DNA of 64,000 bases from Sulfurimonas sp. (lineage in GTDB: Bacteria > Campylobacterota > Campylobacteria > Campylobacterales > Sulfurimonadaceae): positions 106,786 through 170,785 of the forward strand of contig JAQTWZ010000001.1 of NCBI GenBank assembly GCA_028689055.1. Reading direction: 5' to 3'. This document shows, piece after piece, positions 26,957-36,356 of the stretch. Position 1 is the stretch's first letter; each line of letters starts with the position of its first letter. Position numbers and translations under genes: made by a program. The notes under the pieces were generated by a model that was not told the DNA's origin, made no database searches, and saw only the letters and a program-made list of their open reading frames with translations.

Positions 26957-28097
26957 TGTACTTAATGTTTACATTAACAAATCCCTCAGCGGTGAACTCT
27001 CTTACGAAAATGAAAAATATATTTACAACTACACCAAAGACGCTGCGTCCGTTGTGAGTCTCACGATGCCTCTTAGAGCTTCTAGCTGGGTAAGTAACTC
27101 TTTACATCCAATATTTGAGATGAATATGCCCGAAGGTGCGCTAAAAGAAGCCATAAAAAACCACTTCGCGAAACTCCAAATCATGAACGATATGAATTTT
27201 TTACGCCTCGTAGGCCCTTATATGTTGGGGCGTGTAAAGTTTGAAAAAATTATAGAAGAGAAAGAGCATATAGAGTTAGATACGATTTTAAACTCCTCTA
27301 AAGAGAGCCTGTTTGAAGAGTTGATGGATAAATTTGCCATTCGCTCAGGGATATCGGGCATTCAGCCAAAGGTCTTACTCTTGGCGCATAATAAAACAAC
27401 CATGAAGTTCGAGCACTTCATTGTAAAGTCTTGGCAGCACGACTATCCACAGCTTGCACTCAACGAGTATTTTTGTATGCGGGCGGTCAAAAATGCAAAT
27501 TTGCTAACGCCTGAGTTTTATCTCAGTGATGATTTGAGTATGTTTGTTATGAAAAGATTTGACATTAAAGAAGATGAGAGTTATCTGGGTTTTGAGGATA
27601 TGTGCGTTTTAACCGGCAGAGGAACCGAGGAAAAATACAGCGGAAGTTATGAGGAGATAGCGAGAGTTATAAAGGATGTCATACCGCCGCAAAAAAGAAA
27701 AGAGAGTCTAAAGATATTTTTCAAAGCGCTCATGATGAATCATCTGCTGCAAAACGGCGATGGACATCTCAAAAACTACGGTATCTTGTATGAAAATGAT
27801 TTTGAGGATGCTTACCTTGCCCCGATTTATGATGTTATTACAACGACTGTATATATCAAAAAAGATATTCCTGCGCTTAAACTCAGCGATGGCAAACTTT
27901 GGTGGAAGGAAAAAACTTATAAAACCTTCGCAAAACTCAGCTGCGGGCTTAGCAACAAAGAGTATGATGACATTTTACAAGAGTGCAAAAACGCCATAGC
28001 AGTTACAAAAAAAGAGATGGATGATTTTGAGTCTGAAGATGCAAAGGTTTTAGAATTTTTGAAAAATCTACGGGAATGCTGGAGGGAGGAGATTTAA
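26946..28097 (+). CDS. hipA: HipA-family serine/threonine kinase toxin (type II TA)
   Basis: N-terminal coupling domain VYINKSLSGELSYENEKYIYNY, P-loop-like GISGIQPKVLL, catalytic NGDGHLKNYGILY, and APIYDVITT. Confidence 0.88.
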   Translation: MQNNVLNVYINKSLSGELSYENEKYIYNYTKDAASVVSLTMPLRASSWVSNSLHPIFEMNMPEGALKEAIKNHFAKLQIMNDMNFLRLVGPYMLGRVKFEKIIEEKEHIELDTILNSSKESLFEELMDKFAIRSGISGIQPKVLLLAHNKTTMKFEHFIVKSWQHDYPQLALNEYFCMRAVKNANLLTPEFYLSDDLSMFVMKRFDIKEDESYLGFEDMCVLTGRGTEEKYSGSYEEIARVIKDVIPPQKRKESLKIFFKALMMNHLLQNGDGHLKNYGILYENDFEDAYLAPIYDVITTTVYIKKDIPALKLSDGKLWWKEKTYKTFAKLSCGLSNKEYDDILQECKNAIAVTKKEMDDFESEDAKVLEFLKNLRECWREEI

Positions 28098-28206
28098 TCT
28101 GCATCTCTAATGCGGAGCTGAAATTAGCACATTTGACATGTTAAACGTAGGTATTCTCAGAGAGATTTAAATTATTCCATAATTGACAATGTATGTGATA
28201 TCTAAC

Positions 28207-29340
28207 TCAAAAAACGCCCTGAGCGGCTTTTTTGTTTGCGTCATCTTGAAGTTTGGCATACTTCATTGTTTGGAGGATGTCGGAATGATTTAAAAGTATT
28301 TGAATCTGTCGAATTGGGACATTTGCTAGGGCTAACTGTGAGGCAAAAGTGTGTCGTAGCGAGTGGATGACAATTCTGTTTGCTCTATCATCTATTTTGA
28401 GTCCTTCATTAAATAAATCATCTAAAACAGGTTTAAGTCGTGTTTGTAGTTGTCGGTCACTTATTTGTTTTCCATCATCAGCAAAGGATACTACAAAGTC
28501 GTTATATTTAAGAAGTTTCATTTTTTTGGTTAATAATTCTCTTGTAGTATCAGTAATATATGCGCTATATACTTCTCCTCCATTTTTAAAGTCCGTGATT
28601 CTGATAATCTCACCTTGCAGGTCAATATCCCGTTTCCTGATATTTAAAATTCCTTTTAATCTGGCACCAGTTGTGAGTGCGAGTTTAGTGAAGGTTTCAA
28701 GCAAGTCACCATGATCTTTTTCACTGTCTATTGTAACTACATGTTGATAGAGTTCGTCAATTTCTGTCTTTCTTAAAAACCTTTCCCTTGTGTTGTTTAT
28801 TTTATATCTCGCCACTTTACTTGCCGGATTGATTGCTTCAAAAAGTTCCTGATTGACTCCGTAGTTGAAAATAGTGCTAAATAGCTCAATGAGCATATTT
28901 GCAGTTTTTTTACTAAGTTTTTTCTTTTCAACAGTAGTTATTTGTAGACTTTCGAGATCACTTTTCTTAATATTGGTGATCGAATATTTACCCAATGATT
29001 CAGTCAGATGCTTATTGTACTTACTTAGTCTTTCATGCGTACTGGTGCTATTATCTTTGGAAGAAAAGTATTTATTTGCAACATCATCAAGCGTTAAGAT
29101 TTTTTTACGATGGTTTTTTACAATTTTCGGAGGTTGTTCACCTTTATTTTGCGCATTCAATATTTCGATGCGTTTATTCTTGCAATAAACTTCTGTTGTT
29201 CCATCGGCTTCATCGCCTATTTTTACTCTTTTGAGCTGATTATTTTCATCTTTATAGCGTACATAAAATGATTTCGTTCCGTTGGCTTTTAGATAGTATT
29301 GGACGCCTTCGTATTTTTTAGAATTAATAAATTGTGCCAC
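28207..29340 (-). CDS. int: Tyrosine site-specific recombinase (integrase)
   Basis: C-terminal catalytic region ARLKGILNIRKRDI ... HSLRHTFASQLA ... LLNHSDILQTMKYA. I prefer the GTG start at 29340 (AAGGG 7 nt upstream). The track's 29481 start would overlap the upstream gene by 130 nt. Confidence 0.88.
   Translation of the reverse strand: MAQFINSKKYEGVQYYLKANGTKSFYVRYKDENNQLKRVKIGDEADGTTEVYCKNKRIEILNAQNKGEQPPKIVKNHRKKILTLDDVANKYFSSKDNSTSTHERLSKYNKHLTESLGKYSITNIKKSDLESLQITTVEKKKLSKKTANMLIELFSTIFNYGVNQELFEAINPASKVARYKINNTRERFLRKTEIDELYQHVVTIDSEKDHGDLLETFTKLALTTGARLKGILNIRKRDIDLQGEIIRITDFKNGGEVYSAYITDTTRELLTKKMKLLKYNDFVVSFADDGKQISDRQLQTRLKPVLDDLFNEGLKIDDRANRIVIHSLRHTFASQLALANVPIRQIQILLNHSDILQTMKYAKLQDDANKKAAQGVF
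28209..28228. repeat. Copy 2 of the 20-bp direct repeat; it coincides with the last codons (AAQGVF-stop) of the integrase gene
   Basis: Identical to 26447-26466. It is followed by T6, so locally it reads A6-CGCCCTGAGCGGC-T6. Confidence 0.9.
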
Positions 29341-29350
29341 TTTTAAGCCC

Positions 29351-30592
29351 TTAGTACAGAAATCCAAAAAGCCAGAGCGGTATTTTGTTACCAAATCCAA
29401 ACTCAATATCATCCGCAGCAATATAGGAATTTGGAATATCTTTGATTTGTTTAAAGTCTTTATTTTTACCGCCAACTTCAAACGTATACTTTTCTTCTAA
29501 ATAGAAATCACCTTTATCAGAAGCATAAATACCAACTTTTAAAAAGCTGTTTTTATTGTTGTAATAATTATCAAGCTGATTCATAAAAAATGTTTCTCTA
29601 ATATTACCTATGTTTGGCGAAGCTAATTGCATTAGATTAGTGTTTGCTAAGTATATTTTTTCAGGTTTGTCTAGTGCTTTCATTGAGAGGGATGATTTCA
29701 TTAGCAGCTTGATTAATCCTGCGTCATCAAGTTTACATAAGTACTCTTTTAGGGTTCTATCATCTTTGACTTCAATGGCATTTTTTAAATCTGCGAGTTT
29801 AGGTGTAAAAGGAACACTTTGCATAATAACGGCCAAAAGAAGTTTTATTTTTCTAATGCTTACACCATTTAATTTTGGGTAGATATTTAACAAATCACTC
29901 TCAATCGATACATTGATATTTTGTTCCAATGTTGCAAAGAACATTGTTTTATTTGGCATAGAGTTAAAGTATGGGTAGTATCCATATTCAAGATACTCTT
30001 TAAACAGGGGTATGACTTTTTGTTCTTGCGCACTTAGAATATCTCTTATCTTGATAGATATATCTATATGCTTACTCAGTATCTCTTCTAACGAGTATGC
30101 AGGTAACTCATAGCCATGGCTTAGCTCTAAATATTCTCTAAAACTCATTCCTTTCATATGATACACAATTGCTCTGCGACTTAAATCATGAGTTCCTTTA
30201 TTTATCTCCAAGGCTGAACTGCCAGTGGCAATAACTTTGAGATCCGGATATGTGTCATAAATGGCTTTAAGTTCAGCCGACCAGTTTTCATACTTATGAA
30301 TTTCATCAAAACAGAGCAGCTTCCCGTTGTTGAGATTAAACTCTTGGGCAATTTCAAGCATGCTAAATTTGTGAATATTTTTTATATTATCCATGCTTAC
30401 ATAGAGAGCCTCATTATTTTTATAATAGTGGTGAATATATTGTGCAATAACGGTCGTTTTTCCAATTCCTCGTGGACCAAGGATAATCGAGAGTCTGTGT
30501 TCAAGTGAGTGAAGGTGAAAAAAATATCTTTTATAACTAAGGTCATTGAGCCTAATAAACTCTTGTGTCTGTGCAAAAAAATCTGTTAACAT
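29351..30592 (-). CDS. AAA-family ATPase (AAA_14 + DUF4143-like architecture)
   Basis: Walker A LGPRGIGKTTV and Walker B-like LLCFDEIH. Its length and C-terminal region are typical of the DUF4143 family. Confidence 0.75.
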   Translation of the reverse strand: MLTDFFAQTQEFIRLNDLSYKRYFFHLHSLEHRLSIILGPRGIGKTTVIAQYIHHYYKNNEALYVSMDNIKNIHKFSMLEIAQEFNLNNGKLLCFDEIHKYENWSAELKAIYDTYPDLKVIATGSSALEINKGTHDLSRRAIVYHMKGMSFREYLELSHGYELPAYSLEEILSKHIDISIKIRDILSAQEQKVIPLFKEYLEYGYYPYFNSMPNKTMFFATLEQNINVSIESDLLNIYPKLNGVSIRKIKLLLAVIMQSVPFTPKLADLKNAIEVKDDRTLKEYLCKLDDAGLIKLLMKSSLSMKALDKPEKIYLANTNLMQLASPNIGNIRETFFMNQLDNYYNNKNSFLKVGIYASDKGDFYLEEKYTFEVGGKNKDFKQIKDIPNSYIAADDIEFGFGNKIPLWLFGFLY

Positions 30593-30713
30593 TTTCCACC
30601 TTTAAAATCGTATTACATATTATATCAAAATTATATGTAATGCAATACATATAATCAGAAGTTTATACATCTTATTACGTTGAATAATTATAACTAAATT
30701 AGGTGACTAAAGT

Positions 30714-30731
30714 GGTGACTAATTAGTCACC
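30714..30731. promoter_or_regulatory. Perfect 18-bp palindrome GGTGACTAATTAGTCACC, with extra half-sites at 30702-30710 and 30956-30964
   Basis: Read directly. It lies in the 458-bp intergenic region between the island's AAA ATPase gene and the malic enzyme gene. The binding protein is unknown. Confidence 0.5.
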
Positions 30732-31062
30732 ATTATTGAAAAAACTTGATTTTACATGACTTTACTTGATATAATGGATACCTTTGAAATACCGTGTAAA
30801 TGGCGATATTTGATGATAGTTGACGATACTTTAAGAAACTTGAAAAAACACTATTTTTCAAGTCCTCTCATCCGCACTATCAACAATAACAAATCTCTCA
30901 AAATTACCTTATCAAAGAGCTTTAAGAGCCTCTTTAAATTTCAGAAAAAATCATTTTAGTCACCAAATATCCAAATACAATTCCTTCAATTTTAAAATCA
31001 AGAATTTAATTTACATCTCTTCTTTTAGCTATAATGATTAAAAAGCTACGTTGGAGAAAATC

Positions 31063-32325
31063 ATGCCAAAACACTCAAAAAAAGATCAAGAAGCGCTTGA
31101 TTATCATCAATACCCACAACCTGGAAAAATTTCTGTGGAGACTACAAAAAAAGTAGATACGCAAAAAGATCTTGCACTTGCATATACTCCGGGTGTGGCT
31201 GTTCCATGTTTGGAGATACAAAAAAATCCGGAAAATGCTTATAAATATACATCCAAAGGCAATCTTGTCGCCGTTATATCCAACGGAACTGCTGTTTTGG
31301 GACTTGGAAATATTGGTCCGCTTGCTTCAAAGCCTGTTATGGAAGGCAAGGGCGTTTTATTTAAAAAGTTTGCGGGACTTGATAGTTTTGACATTGAAGT
31401 AGATACGCTTAGTATTGATAGATTTTGTTCAGTTGTGACAGCGATTGCACCTACTTTTGGTGGGATAAATCTTGAAGATATCAAAGCTCCAGAGTGTTTT
31501 GAGATAGAGAGACGCCTCGTTGCAGAGCTCAAAATCCCCGTGATGCATGATGACCAACATGGCACGGCAGTTATCTCTGCGGCTGCGATTATCAATGCTT
31601 GTGAGATTACGCATCGTCGTCTCGATGAGCTGAAGATTGTAGTTATTGGGGCTGGAGCGGCGGCTATTTCATGTGCTAGACTTTATAGATATCTTGGTGT
31701 CAAAGAGATTTATATGTTGGATTCAAAAGGGCTTGTACATCATGGACGCAGCGACTTAAATGATTTTAAGCGTGAATTTAGTGCAGCCCATTATATGACC
31801 CACTCAGAAGTTTTTGACTCTGCAGATGTTGCAGTAGGTTTGTCTCAACCGGGCTCTTTTAATATTGAAGATGTTAAACGTATGGCTCCGGAGCCAATTA
31901 TCTTTACACTAGCCAATCCAACACCTGAGATTTTCCCCGATGATGTGAGAGCAGCGAGACCAGACGCACTTATAGCGACAGGGAGAAGCGATTTTGACAA
32001 TCAGGTGAACAATGTCCTTGGTTTTCCTTTTATCTTCAGAGGTGCGATGGATGTGCGTGCTACCAAGATAAATATAGAGATGAAAATAGCAGCGGCAAAA
32101 GCTTTGGCAGAACTGGCTAAAAAAGAGGTTCCAGAGTATCTCCATGAGCTCTATGGAAAAAAGATAGTATTTGGCAAAGAGTATATTATCCCAAAACCTT
32201 TTGATAAAAGGCTGGTCGTAGAGATATCAAGTGCAGTTGCTCTTGCGGCGATACAAAGTGGTGCTTCGACTTTAGAAAATTTTGATTTGGATACTTATAA
32301 AAAAGAGCTTGCTACGAGAATATAA
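31063..32325 (+). CDS. maeB: NAD(P)-dependent malic enzyme (short, single-module form)
   Basis: ALDYHQYPQPGKISV...LALAYTPGVA...NGTAVLGLGNIGP...PVMEGK...INLEDIKAPECF...VIGAGAAA. I prefer the ATG at 31063 (GGAG upstream) over the TTG at 31051. Confidence 0.88.
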   Translation: MPKHSKKDQEALDYHQYPQPGKISVETTKKVDTQKDLALAYTPGVAVPCLEIQKNPENAYKYTSKGNLVAVISNGTAVLGLGNIGPLASKPVMEGKGVLFKKFAGLDSFDIEVDTLSIDRFCSVVTAIAPTFGGINLEDIKAPECFEIERRLVAELKIPVMHDDQHGTAVISAAAIINACEITHRRLDELKIVVIGAGAAAISCARLYRYLGVKEIYMLDSKGLVHHGRSDLNDFKREFSAAHYMTHSEVFDSADVAVGLSQPGSFNIEDVKRMAPEPIIFTLANPTPEIFPDDVRAARPDALIATGRSDFDNQVNNVLGFPFIFRGAMDVRATKINIEMKIAAAKALAELAKKEVPEYLHELYGKKIVFGKEYIIPKPFDKRLVVEISSAVALAAIQSGASTLENFDLDTYKKELATRI

Positions 32326-34420
32326 TTTCATCTCGCTCTAGCGGCGCAGGCAGTGGATGCCCAAAATAGTATCCCTGCGCATATTCTACGCCTACTTCTT
32401 TGAGCAACATAGCTGTTTCCTGCGTTTCTACAAATTCTGCGATATTCACGATATCCATACCGTGTGAAAAGTTATGAATACTACGCAACATATGCATTTT
32501 TCTATTGTTTGTAGCAATTTCACTGATGATAGAGCCATCTATTTTTATGGTGTCGATATCCAAATGTGCAAAGTATGCAAAATTGGAATAACCACTGCCA
32601 AAGTCATCTATCAAAATTTTTGAGCCAAAGCTGTGTAGTTTGTCGATAAAAGCTTGTACTAATTCTATATCGTGGAGATCTTCTGATTCGAGAAGTTCTA
32701 TATCTATCCTAGAAGCAACTTCTTTTTCCTCTTCAAACATTTCAAATATGCTCTTCGTAAGGGTATCGTTTAGAATGTCTCGCATAGCAAGATTGATGGA
32801 AAATCGGTACTGTGGATATACTTTGGCAACGCGCATACTTTTTTCAAACATGATACGCGTGATTTCTTCATAAAGATAACTTTTTCTAGCCGTATCGAGA
32901 AATTTATAGGGAGTGAGGTATCTTCCATTTTTGAGTTCAAGTCTCACCAGCGCTTCATATTTTTCTATTTTAAGCGTTTTGAGATTGATGACAGGTTGAA
33001 AAAAAGGAAGAATCCTATCATCAAGAAGTGCTGTTTTGATTGTTTCGAGCATTTGTAGATTTTCTTGAACACTTTTTTTGAGATTGAGATTTTCTCTGTA
33101 TTCAATCACTCTTTTTGTTGGATCTTTTTTGATACGTTTGAGTGCAAGGTCTGCGTTTTCTAAGATGGGATCGATAAAGTTACTTGCGATAGAGATAGTG
33201 ATGTGAATCTCTAACTCTCCAAAAATAAAGCTATGAGAAGCGATATTTTTTTCGAGTATATGTGCAATGTTGAGGACTTTTGAACTGAGTGCATTTGTAA
33301 ACAAAACACCAAATTCATCAGCACCTAGTCGATAAATTTCGATATTGTCTATATGAGAGAGTTTTGTCTCCAATAATCTTGCGATTTTTTTCAAGAGAGC
33401 ATTTCCTATACTGTTTCCATAAATATCATTGATGTTTTTGAAACTATCAATATTGATGAGCATGAAGTGCGGGTGTTCTATCGTTTTGAGTTTTTTTTCT
33501 AGTGAAGTTCTGTTGTAAAGTCCTGTGAGTTGGTCATATACCAAAGAGTATTCAAGGGACTCTTTTGTCTCCAAAAGTTTTTTATTTTCTCGCATATAGA
33601 TAAGAAACAAAAAAGATATGGTTGTCAAAAAGAGAATCAGAATTGAAAAAAGAATGATGCTAAACGCGTTGAGTGCTTTAAAATCATTGAGTGCAAGTGC
33701 AGTAAAATTGGCACGTATTTGTTGTAAAGTGAGACCTATTTGACTCTTGAAGATACTTTTTGTAGTAGCGATATATTGTGGATATTGTTCTTGTAAAAAT
33801 GTTGCATGTAAATTAAAGCTCTGTATAAAATCAATATTTTTTTTCTCTTTTGCACCATTACTTAGTATAAGTTTTGCATCTTTTATATAATCAAGATCTT
33901 GCATACGAATTGCATTGTTATATTGTCTCAAGATAAGATTTGCATTTAAAAATATATCTTTACACTCTTGGCTACACTGCTCTTGTTTCAAAGATTCTGC
34001 AGCATTATCGATATGGCGAGTTAAAAACAAAAGAGAATTTTTCACACCTGCGTTTAATTGGAGAAATTTTTCTATTTTTGTGTTGCTTTCTTGGATCTGA
34101 CTTTGTAATTTTTCCAAAGAGAGACCAATGGATTTGTAGTGTGCGTCTTGTAATATTTTGGATATTTGTAATACTCTAAAAGTATCATTGATTTCTTGTT
34201 GTTTTTGCGCAATGGCATCATGGTTATGATAGGTATATATGGCATTTTGCAAGATGAGATAGTTGAGTGTCTCTTCTGCGTTTTCAAGATAGTACATGGC
34301 GCTTAAAAACTGCTTGTAGTTTTCGCTAAAAGCTTTTTGTTTGGTATAAAAATAGACCATTGCAAAAGAAGAGAAAAGACCCACAATGAGTACAATATAA
34401 ATCATCCCTTTGAGTTTCAA
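32312..34420 (-). CDS. GGDEF-EAL c-di-GMP protein with an N-terminal membrane/sensor region (GGDEF motif degenerate: GADEF)
   Basis: YRLGADEFGVLF in the GGDEF position. The EAL domain has YEALVRL...DDFGSGYSN. There are two TM segments. Its stop overlaps the convergent malic enzyme gene by 14 nt. Confidence 0.85.
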   Translation of the reverse strand: MKLKGMIYIVLIVGLFSSFAMVYFYTKQKAFSENYKQFLSAMYYLENAEETLNYLILQNAIYTYHNHDAIAQKQQEINDTFRVLQISKILQDAHYKSIGLSLEKLQSQIQESNTKIEKFLQLNAGVKNSLLFLTRHIDNAAESLKQEQCSQECKDIFLNANLILRQYNNAIRMQDLDYIKDAKLILSNGAKEKKNIDFIQSFNLHATFLQEQYPQYIATTKSIFKSQIGLTLQQIRANFTALALNDFKALNAFSIILFSILILFLTTISFLFLIYMRENKKLLETKESLEYSLVYDQLTGLYNRTSLEKKLKTIEHPHFMLINIDSFKNINDIYGNSIGNALLKKIARLLETKLSHIDNIEIYRLGADEFGVLFTNALSSKVLNIAHILEKNIASHSFIFGELEIHITISIASNFIDPILENADLALKRIKKDPTKRVIEYRENLNLKKSVQENLQMLETIKTALLDDRILPFFQPVINLKTLKIEKYEALVRLELKNGRYLTPYKFLDTARKSYLYEEITRIMFEKSMRVAKVYPQYRFSINLAMRDILNDTLTKSIFEMFEEEKEVASRIDIELLESEDLHDIELVQAFIDKLHSFGSKILIDDFGSGYSNFAYFAHLDIDTIKIDGSIISEIATNNRKMHMLRSIHNFSHGMDIVNIAEFVETQETAMLLKEVGVEYAQGYYFGHPLPAPLERDEIIFS

Positions 34421-35343
34421 AATGTATCCAATATCTTCGGTGCTTCACCGCTGAGTGTTTCTAAAAAGAGGATTATTTTGTCGCTCTCTTGGTTGGAGAG
34501 TTCTATACCTAGATTGTGTTTGGACATAACACTGAGTGCTTCTTTGAGTGTTCGGGCACTTGCATCATGAAAGTATGGAGCAGTTTTGGCTATGTTCCTG
34601 AGTGTCGGCACTTTGAAGACATTGATATCTTCCATGTTGTGTGTTATTTCCGATCTGTCGGGGAAAGTTGTGCTTGCATTATATGCGACAAATGTACCCA
34701 TTTTTTGAAAAGAGTTTCCTCCGACATTTATCCCATTGTGGCAAGTAATACAGCCATATTGTTTAAAAAGTTTATAACCTTCTTGTTCCTCATGTGTAAG
34801 CTTTATTTCACCACGCAGATATTTGTCAAACTTTGCGTTTGGTGTTGTAAGTGCGTTTTCAAATTCGACAATAGCATCTAAAATAAGTTCGTAAGTGATA
34901 GAGTAAGTCCCATACACTTCTTTGAACATTTTTTTGTATTTATTTGACAAACTGACGCGATCTTGTACTTTTTTGGGATCCATATTATGCTCAGTTGGAT
35001 TACTCAAAGGTCCTGTTGCTTGTTCCAAAAGAGTGTTGGCACGCCCGTTCCAAAACTGTTTGAAATTGTATCTTGCGTTTAGGACGGTTGGCGCTTGAAT
35101 ATTGCCTTTTGCACCATTAAATCCTATCGAAACAGAGCGCTCATCAGCACCACCGCTATAAATGTCGTGACAACTAACGCAGGCTGTAGAGTTGTCTCGA
35201 GAAAGTAGCGTGTCAAAAAAAAGTTCTTGTCCGAGCTTGGCTTTTGGTATATCAATAGGTTCATCTAAGGGAATAGGAACAATGGGCTCATCCGCAAGAA
35301 GAGGCAAAAGAAAAAAATAAGAGAGTAGCAACCATTTAATCAT
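34417..35343 (-). CDS. Di-haem cytochrome c peroxidase (CCP/MauG family)
   Basis: Two CxxCH motifs (CVSCHD, CITCHNG), a signal peptide, and FKVPTLRNIAKTAPYFHD. Confidence 0.88.
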   Translation of the reverse strand: MIKWLLLSYFFLLPLLADEPIVPIPLDEPIDIPKAKLGQELFFDTLLSRDNSTACVSCHDIYSGGADERSVSIGFNGAKGNIQAPTVLNARYNFKQFWNGRANTLLEQATGPLSNPTEHNMDPKKVQDRVSLSNKYKKMFKEVYGTYSITYELILDAIVEFENALTTPNAKFDKYLRGEIKLTHEEQEGYKLFKQYGCITCHNGINVGGNSFQKMGTFVAYNASTTFPDRSEITHNMEDINVFKVPTLRNIAKTAPYFHDASARTLKEALSVMSKHNLGIELSNQESDKIILFLETLSGEAPKILDTF

Positions 35344-35351
35344 GAGTTATT

Positions 35352-36026
35352 TTACACTAAAGTCTTTAAATATGCTGCGTTTGTATGAAATTTCTTCAGC
35401 CCTAGTTGTGCTTTTTTATCCAAATCGTATGAGATATATTGTAGATAATGCAGGATATCTTTTTTTGATATTTTTGTACGGCTAGAAGCTTCTTCGAGGA
35501 TATACTGAGGGATTTTTATCTTTTGTCTGGTAAATAATTTTTCTATTCTTTTATAGATATTTTTATCTTTGTGATAGCATAGAAGGGCAAAAACAAAAGG
35601 AAGGTGATACTTTTCATGCCAAAACGCAGCCATATCCTGATGCGGTGCGCCACTAAGGTAGTAACGCAGGGCTTTATCGCCTATGAGGACTTTACCTTGA
35701 AGTTTCAGTATTTTGGCAAGGATATTGGATGTGGCAGATTCACTGTCGCTCATGTTGCTATCATTTGGAACCACCAAAACACTCAGCACCTCTTTTTTGG
35801 CGATGATGCCGAGCTTAACATGTTTTTGACCTTTTGCACTTATACTCGATATAAACGCAGCATCAACCCGTCTTGCTAAGAACTCTTGATTGATTTTTGA
35901 AGGTACACTGCGTTTATGATGCATACTCATCTTCGCTTGAGAGCTTTGAAGATAGCGTTTCATAAAGAGATGAAATGGCAAGAGATTTAAATATTCAATT
36001 TTTCCAAAAACCAAATTGTTCTCCAT
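35352..36026 (-). CDS. mqnA: MqnA-like chorismate dehydratase (futalosine menaquinone pathway)
   Basis: FGKIEYLNLLPF, VDAAFISSI, LGIIAKKEVLSVLVV, SATSNILAKIL, LIGDKALRYY and HLPFVFALL match my recollection of the MqnA/VitK2_biosynth family. The start is probably MENNLVF. Confidence 0.65.
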   Translation of the reverse strand: MENNLVFGKIEYLNLLPFHLFMKRYLQSSQAKMSMHHKRSVPSKINQEFLARRVDAAFISSISAKGQKHVKLGIIAKKEVLSVLVVPNDSNMSDSESATSNILAKILKLQGKVLIGDKALRYYLSGAPHQDMAAFWHEKYHLPFVFALLCYHKDKNIYKRIEKLFTRQKIKIPQYILEEASSRTKISKKDILHYLQYISYDLDKKAQLGLKKFHTNAAYLKTLV

Positions 36027-36134
36027 TTTTTTATGATGGAAATTATACACGGCTTAACTTATCTTTGATATAATCACAGCTATTTGCAAACGAAAAGCTT
36101 GCAGCAGCTTCAAGATAAATCTAAGGAATAAAAG

Positions 36135-36356
36135 TTGATACAAGTAGAATTTTTGGGTCCGATACAAAAAGAACCGTTAGAAGTAAACATAACAAACCTC
36201 AATGAATTGGCAAAACTTTTGCAAAATGATGCAGAACTTACGCAGTGGCTTGAAAATTCGGCTGTTGCCGTAAATGATGCTCTTGTAAGCTCACTTGAGC
36301 ATCCGCTAAAAGATGGAGACAAAGTCTCACTTCTTCCTCCAGTTTGCGGAGGTTGA
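36135..36356 (+). CDS. moaD: Molybdopterin synthase sulfur-carrier subunit
   Basis: 73 aa with a ThiS/MoaD-like fold, ending in the diagnostic C-terminal GG (LLPPVCGG). It is followed by moaE. Confidence 0.75.
   Translation: MIQVEFLGPIQKEPLEVNITNLNELAKLLQNDAELTQWLENSAVAVNDALVSSLEHPLKDGDKVSLLPPVCGG

Larger units (their letters stand above)
5375..31050. mobile_element. Putative integrated genomic island (defence and TA cargo, ParA, cI-like repressor, tyrosine integrase); ends not resolved
   Basis: About 25 kb of accessory genes sit between core-looking efflux and malic-enzyme genes. A tyrosine recombinase lies at the right end. I found no convincing flanking att repeats by eye. Confidence 0.5.

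Noticed and set aside
28209-28234. A6-CGCCCTGAGCGGC-T6 at the integrase 3' end, considered as a rho-independent terminator.
   Set aside because: The GC core pairs only weakly (GCC/GGC with a bulge). The left copy of the repeat lacks the T-run. I therefore report it as a direct repeat rather than a terminator.
30756-30959. 67-aa ORF in the intergenic region at the island's right border.
   Set aside because: It has no ribosome-binding site and a low-complexity K/L/S/F composition. The region is better explained as regulatory or border DNA containing the GGTGACTAA sites.
33250-33350. Degenerate GGDEF motif (GADEF) in the GGDEF-EAL protein.
   Set aside because: Degenerate GGDEF domains paired with intact EAL domains are common and usually indicate a phosphodiesterase with a regulatory GGDEF domain. 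This is not unusual.
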